From Chiloscyllium plagiosum (Eukaryota), in NCBI RefSeq assembly GCF_004010195.1, contig NC_057751.1, positions 14,395,784-14,459,783 on the forward strand: a stretch of DNA of 64,000 nucleotides. The letters run 5' to 3'. Under the pieces are notes generated by a model. The model was not told the DNA's origin and made no database searches. It was given only the letters and a program-made list of their open reading frames with translations. The translations under genes were made by a program, and so were the position numbers. Below are positions 61,140 to 64,000 of this stretch, one piece after another (position 1 is the first letter of the stretch; every line of letters starts with the position of its first letter).

Positions 61140-61408
61140 CCTGACCTCTCCGCCCCCACCCCCACTCTGGCCTATCACCCTCACCTTCACCTCCTTCCAC
61201 CTATTGCATTTCCAACGCCCCTCCCTCAAGTCCCTCCTCCCTACCTTTTATCTTAGCCTGCTTGGCACACTTTCCTCATTCCTGAAGAAGGGCTCATGCT
61301 CGAAACGTCGATTCTCCTGGTCCTTGGATGCTGCCTGACCTGCTGCGCTTTTCCAGCAACACATTTTCAGCTCTGATCTCCAGCATCTGCAGTCCTCACT
61401 TTCTCCTA
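61140..61408 (+). mobile_element. Family-A Penelope-like 3' end/pLTR (C-rich tract + hammerhead + terminal segment)
   Basis: The terminal GATGCTGCCTGACCTGCTGCGCTTTTCCAGCAACACATTTTCAGC segment is the same as the arm of the 37586-37733 palindrome. Confidence 0.75.
61280..61311 (+). ncRNA. Minimal type-I hammerhead ribozyme motif (family A), core intact
   Basis: TC-CTGAAGA-A-GGGC TCAT GCTC-GAAAC-GTC-GA. Confidence 0.62.
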
Positions 61409-61689
61409 GACGATCTCTGTCGGAGACCGTGTTTGATTTTACCTTTTACAGGGATTGTTGCAGGAATTTGGAACAGCATCACGAAGGCGTGGTATCGCGA
61501 TTGGGTTTTCAAATTGCTACGTTGTTCTCAATTTGGTTCTCGTTTGTTCATGTCTGAATAAATTCTGTTTTGTTGACAACCGAGTGGTCGGGCTATCTTC
61601 ATCGTTTCTGGTACATACATTTTTCACCTGTTGAAAACAAGTTTGGGTCTGGGCTCTTTTCTTGAAGCGTTTTGAGGGAGTCTGGACTG

Positions 61690-61960
61690 TTGGGAGAGAA
61701 GGAGGAGTGGACCAGAGGGAACGGTCCCTGCAGAGGGCTGTCAAGGGAGGGGGAGGGGAAGATGTGTCTGTTGATGGCGTCCTGCTGGAGGTGACGGAGA
61801 TGGCAGCTCACGATCCTCTGCATGTAGCTTCTGACGGGCTGGTAGGCGAGGAGCCTATCGCTGTTGCAGGAGGGAAATGAAGAGATGAGTGCGAGAGATG
61901 GGTCAGACCTGGCTAAGGGCCGTGTCAACAACACTGCTGGGGAATCCTCAGTTTGAGGGA
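61690..61960 (-). mobile_element. Neptune-type PLE ORF remnant
   Basis: YQPVRSYMQRIVSCHLRHLQQDAINRHIFPSP, ALCRDRSL. Confidence 0.65.
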
Positions 61961-62184
61961 GAAATAAAGATGGCACAGGATGGTCACATGCAGGGCAGGG
62001 AAAGCACAAATTCTGTCCTCTTTGGACAAAGAGCAGACTCTTTGCAAACTGACACTCCAGAATACGCCCTCGGCAAACAGGTGTAGTCAACTCTTCACAT
62101 TTTCAGCACCCGAACGTGTGAGAGTGTGTGAAGTCCTCTTGTGTTCTGACATTATTGGGGTCCTGGGTCAGCCCCTGACACTAT

Positions 62185-62363
62185 TTGGCAAAAGTGAGGA
62201 CTGCAGATGCTGGAAACCAGAGTTTAGATCAGATTGGTGCTGGAAAAGCACAGCAGATCAGGCAGCATCCGAGGAGCAGGAAAATCGATGTTTCGGGCAA
62301 AAGCCCTATTCCTGATGATGCTGCCTGACCTGCTGTGCTTTTCCAGCACCACTCTGACCGAAA
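62185..62363. mobile_element. Fold-back family-A element with a 12-bp TSD
   Basis: CCCTGACACTAT at 62173-62184 and 62364-62375; inverted TGGTGCTGGAAAAGCACAGCAG.TCAGGCAGCATC arms. Confidence 0.87.
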
Positions 62364-63459
62364 CCCTGACACTATGTACTGACCCTCAACTGTTGGCAAG
62401 TCCCAGTGATTGAAAACATGCAAGATTACACTTGATAGCGATTGCTCTTCATTGACGTTTTTAAAAAGGTTCATTTTACTGGGTTACACACTGTGTTAGA
62501 TCACTTCATTCTGCGTTGGGCAAGCTGAGTCCTTTTAGCTGTATCGTTAAGATAATTAGTGTGGTTTACGGTGCTTGTGAGCAGAAAAACCATTCTATTT
62601 ATGAGAAAAGGAAGGAGAGAGAAAAACAGACCTTGGGCAAGAATAAATTCAGTGACGTGTGGAAAGGTGTCCACAAGGTGGAGGGGTCTGATTACTGTCC
62701 CTCATCGGTTATCAGGGAACAATCCTACCCCAGAGACAGTCTTGTCACCAGCCCGATCTGTTGGAACCTCCCAGGGCAGCAGATGGTGCTGTACTAGGGA
62801 GCTGAGAGACCGGCTTCCTGTTTAAGAAGCTGAGTTGTTGATATAGTGTCCAGTTTGGGTCGTGCTGAGCACTGTAATAGTTTGCAGACTCAACGCAGCC
62901 GAAAGACAAAGAAAGGATCGCGCTGCAGAGCAGAGCTCCGGGAGCAGCAGCGATGGGACATGAAGAAGGAATCCTCTGGTTTTAGATCCAGCCATCCACA
63001 ATGAACAAACAAAAAGGTAAAACCGACTTTCCTGCCTCGATCTTTCAACTGTCACAGAATGTTGAGATTTAATTCGGCCAAAACTTCTCGTCTGAAACAG
63101 TAATTAGAAATATGGGCTGCTGAGTGCCTTTACAGTATTCGGTTCCAACAACTTACAGTAAATCCAGACTGATTTGGAAGCGCAGACCAAACCCGCAATG
63201 TTTTGACACCCGAACTGCTGTGGAGATTCATCTCTTCAGGCTGACAGGAGTATGCTTTGTTCACACTACAAATGTTATTTCCAATGCAAAGAAATCTTGG
63301 AATGTAATGCATGTTGGTGGCGTAATGTTTGTTTGTAGTGTAATGTGTTGCACTGTTTCTGAGACCTGTGTTACAAGGGCATGTTAAATCGGAGCAGGAT
63401 TTGACCATTTGGCTCCGTGAGCCTGCACTGTCAGTCAACAAGTCATGATTTTTCGCTGA

Positions 63460-63948
63460 AAGGGTTCAGAAAAGATTGACAAGGATGTTACCAGGGCTGG
63501 AGGATTGGAGCTATAGGGAGGGATTGAATAGACTGGGGCTGTTTTCCCTGGAGCGTCGGAGGCTGAGGGGTGACCTTACGGAGGTTCATAAAATCATGAG
63601 GGGCATGGATAGGATAAATAGACAAAGTAATTTCCCTGGGGCGGGGGAGTCCAGAACTAGAGGGGCATAGGTTTAGGGTGAGAGGGGAAAGATATAAAAG
63701 AGACCTAAGGGGCAACTTTTTCACGCAGAGGGTGGTACGTGTATGGAATGAGCTGCCAGAGGAAGTGGTGGAGGCTGGTACAATTGCAACATTTAAGAGG
63801 CATTTGGATGGGTATATGAATAGGAAGGGTTTGGAGGGATATGGGCCGGGTGCTGGCAGGTGGGACTAGATTGGGTTGGGATATCTGGTCAGCATGGACA
63901 GGTTGGACCGAAGGGTCTGTTTCTGTGCTGTACATCTCTATGACTCTG
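63460..63948 (+). mobile_element. Young CR1-type LINE 3' end
   Basis: TRMLPGLEDWSYREGLNRLGLFSLERRRLRGDL...; TCTATGACTCT tail. Confidence 0.93.
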
Positions 63949-64000
63949 CTTTCTTGCCTAAACCTCAGATTGCTTTGAAGTCTTGAATATACTCAATGAC

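Overview
Eukaryotic, repeat-rich genomic DNA from a cartilaginous fish (shark; inferred from HE1-type SINEs, HER1/CR1-type LINEs and a Deu-domain SINE). It has three assembly gaps (19229-20066, 32108-32762, 50398-51292). The only host gene I can support is a complete dematin (DMTN/EPB49) gene on the + strand, which the ORF track shows only in fragments. I reconstructed it by hand from 15 GT-AG coding exons between 1812 and 46528. They total 1215 nt (404 aa + stop), all intron phases are consistent, and they include an 8-nt microexon and the 22-aa headpiece cassette exon. Predicted protein: [404 protein letters not shown]. Introns and the downstream region are filled with decayed CR1-type LINEs, HE1 SINEs, a Tx1-like LINE, solo LTRs, a rearranged Gmr1-type Gypsy element, Penelope-like elements (PLEs) and mini/microsatellites. 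The most notable observations are: (i) many minimal type-I hammerhead ribozyme motifs from two PLE families, several inside short fold-back elements with 12-15 bp target-site duplications; (ii) the PKA-site Ser of the dematin headpiece replaced by Cys; (iii) a 33-bp minisatellite apparently grown out of a Deu-SINE core. Repeat family names come from motif recognition, not database searches, and repeat boundaries are approximate.
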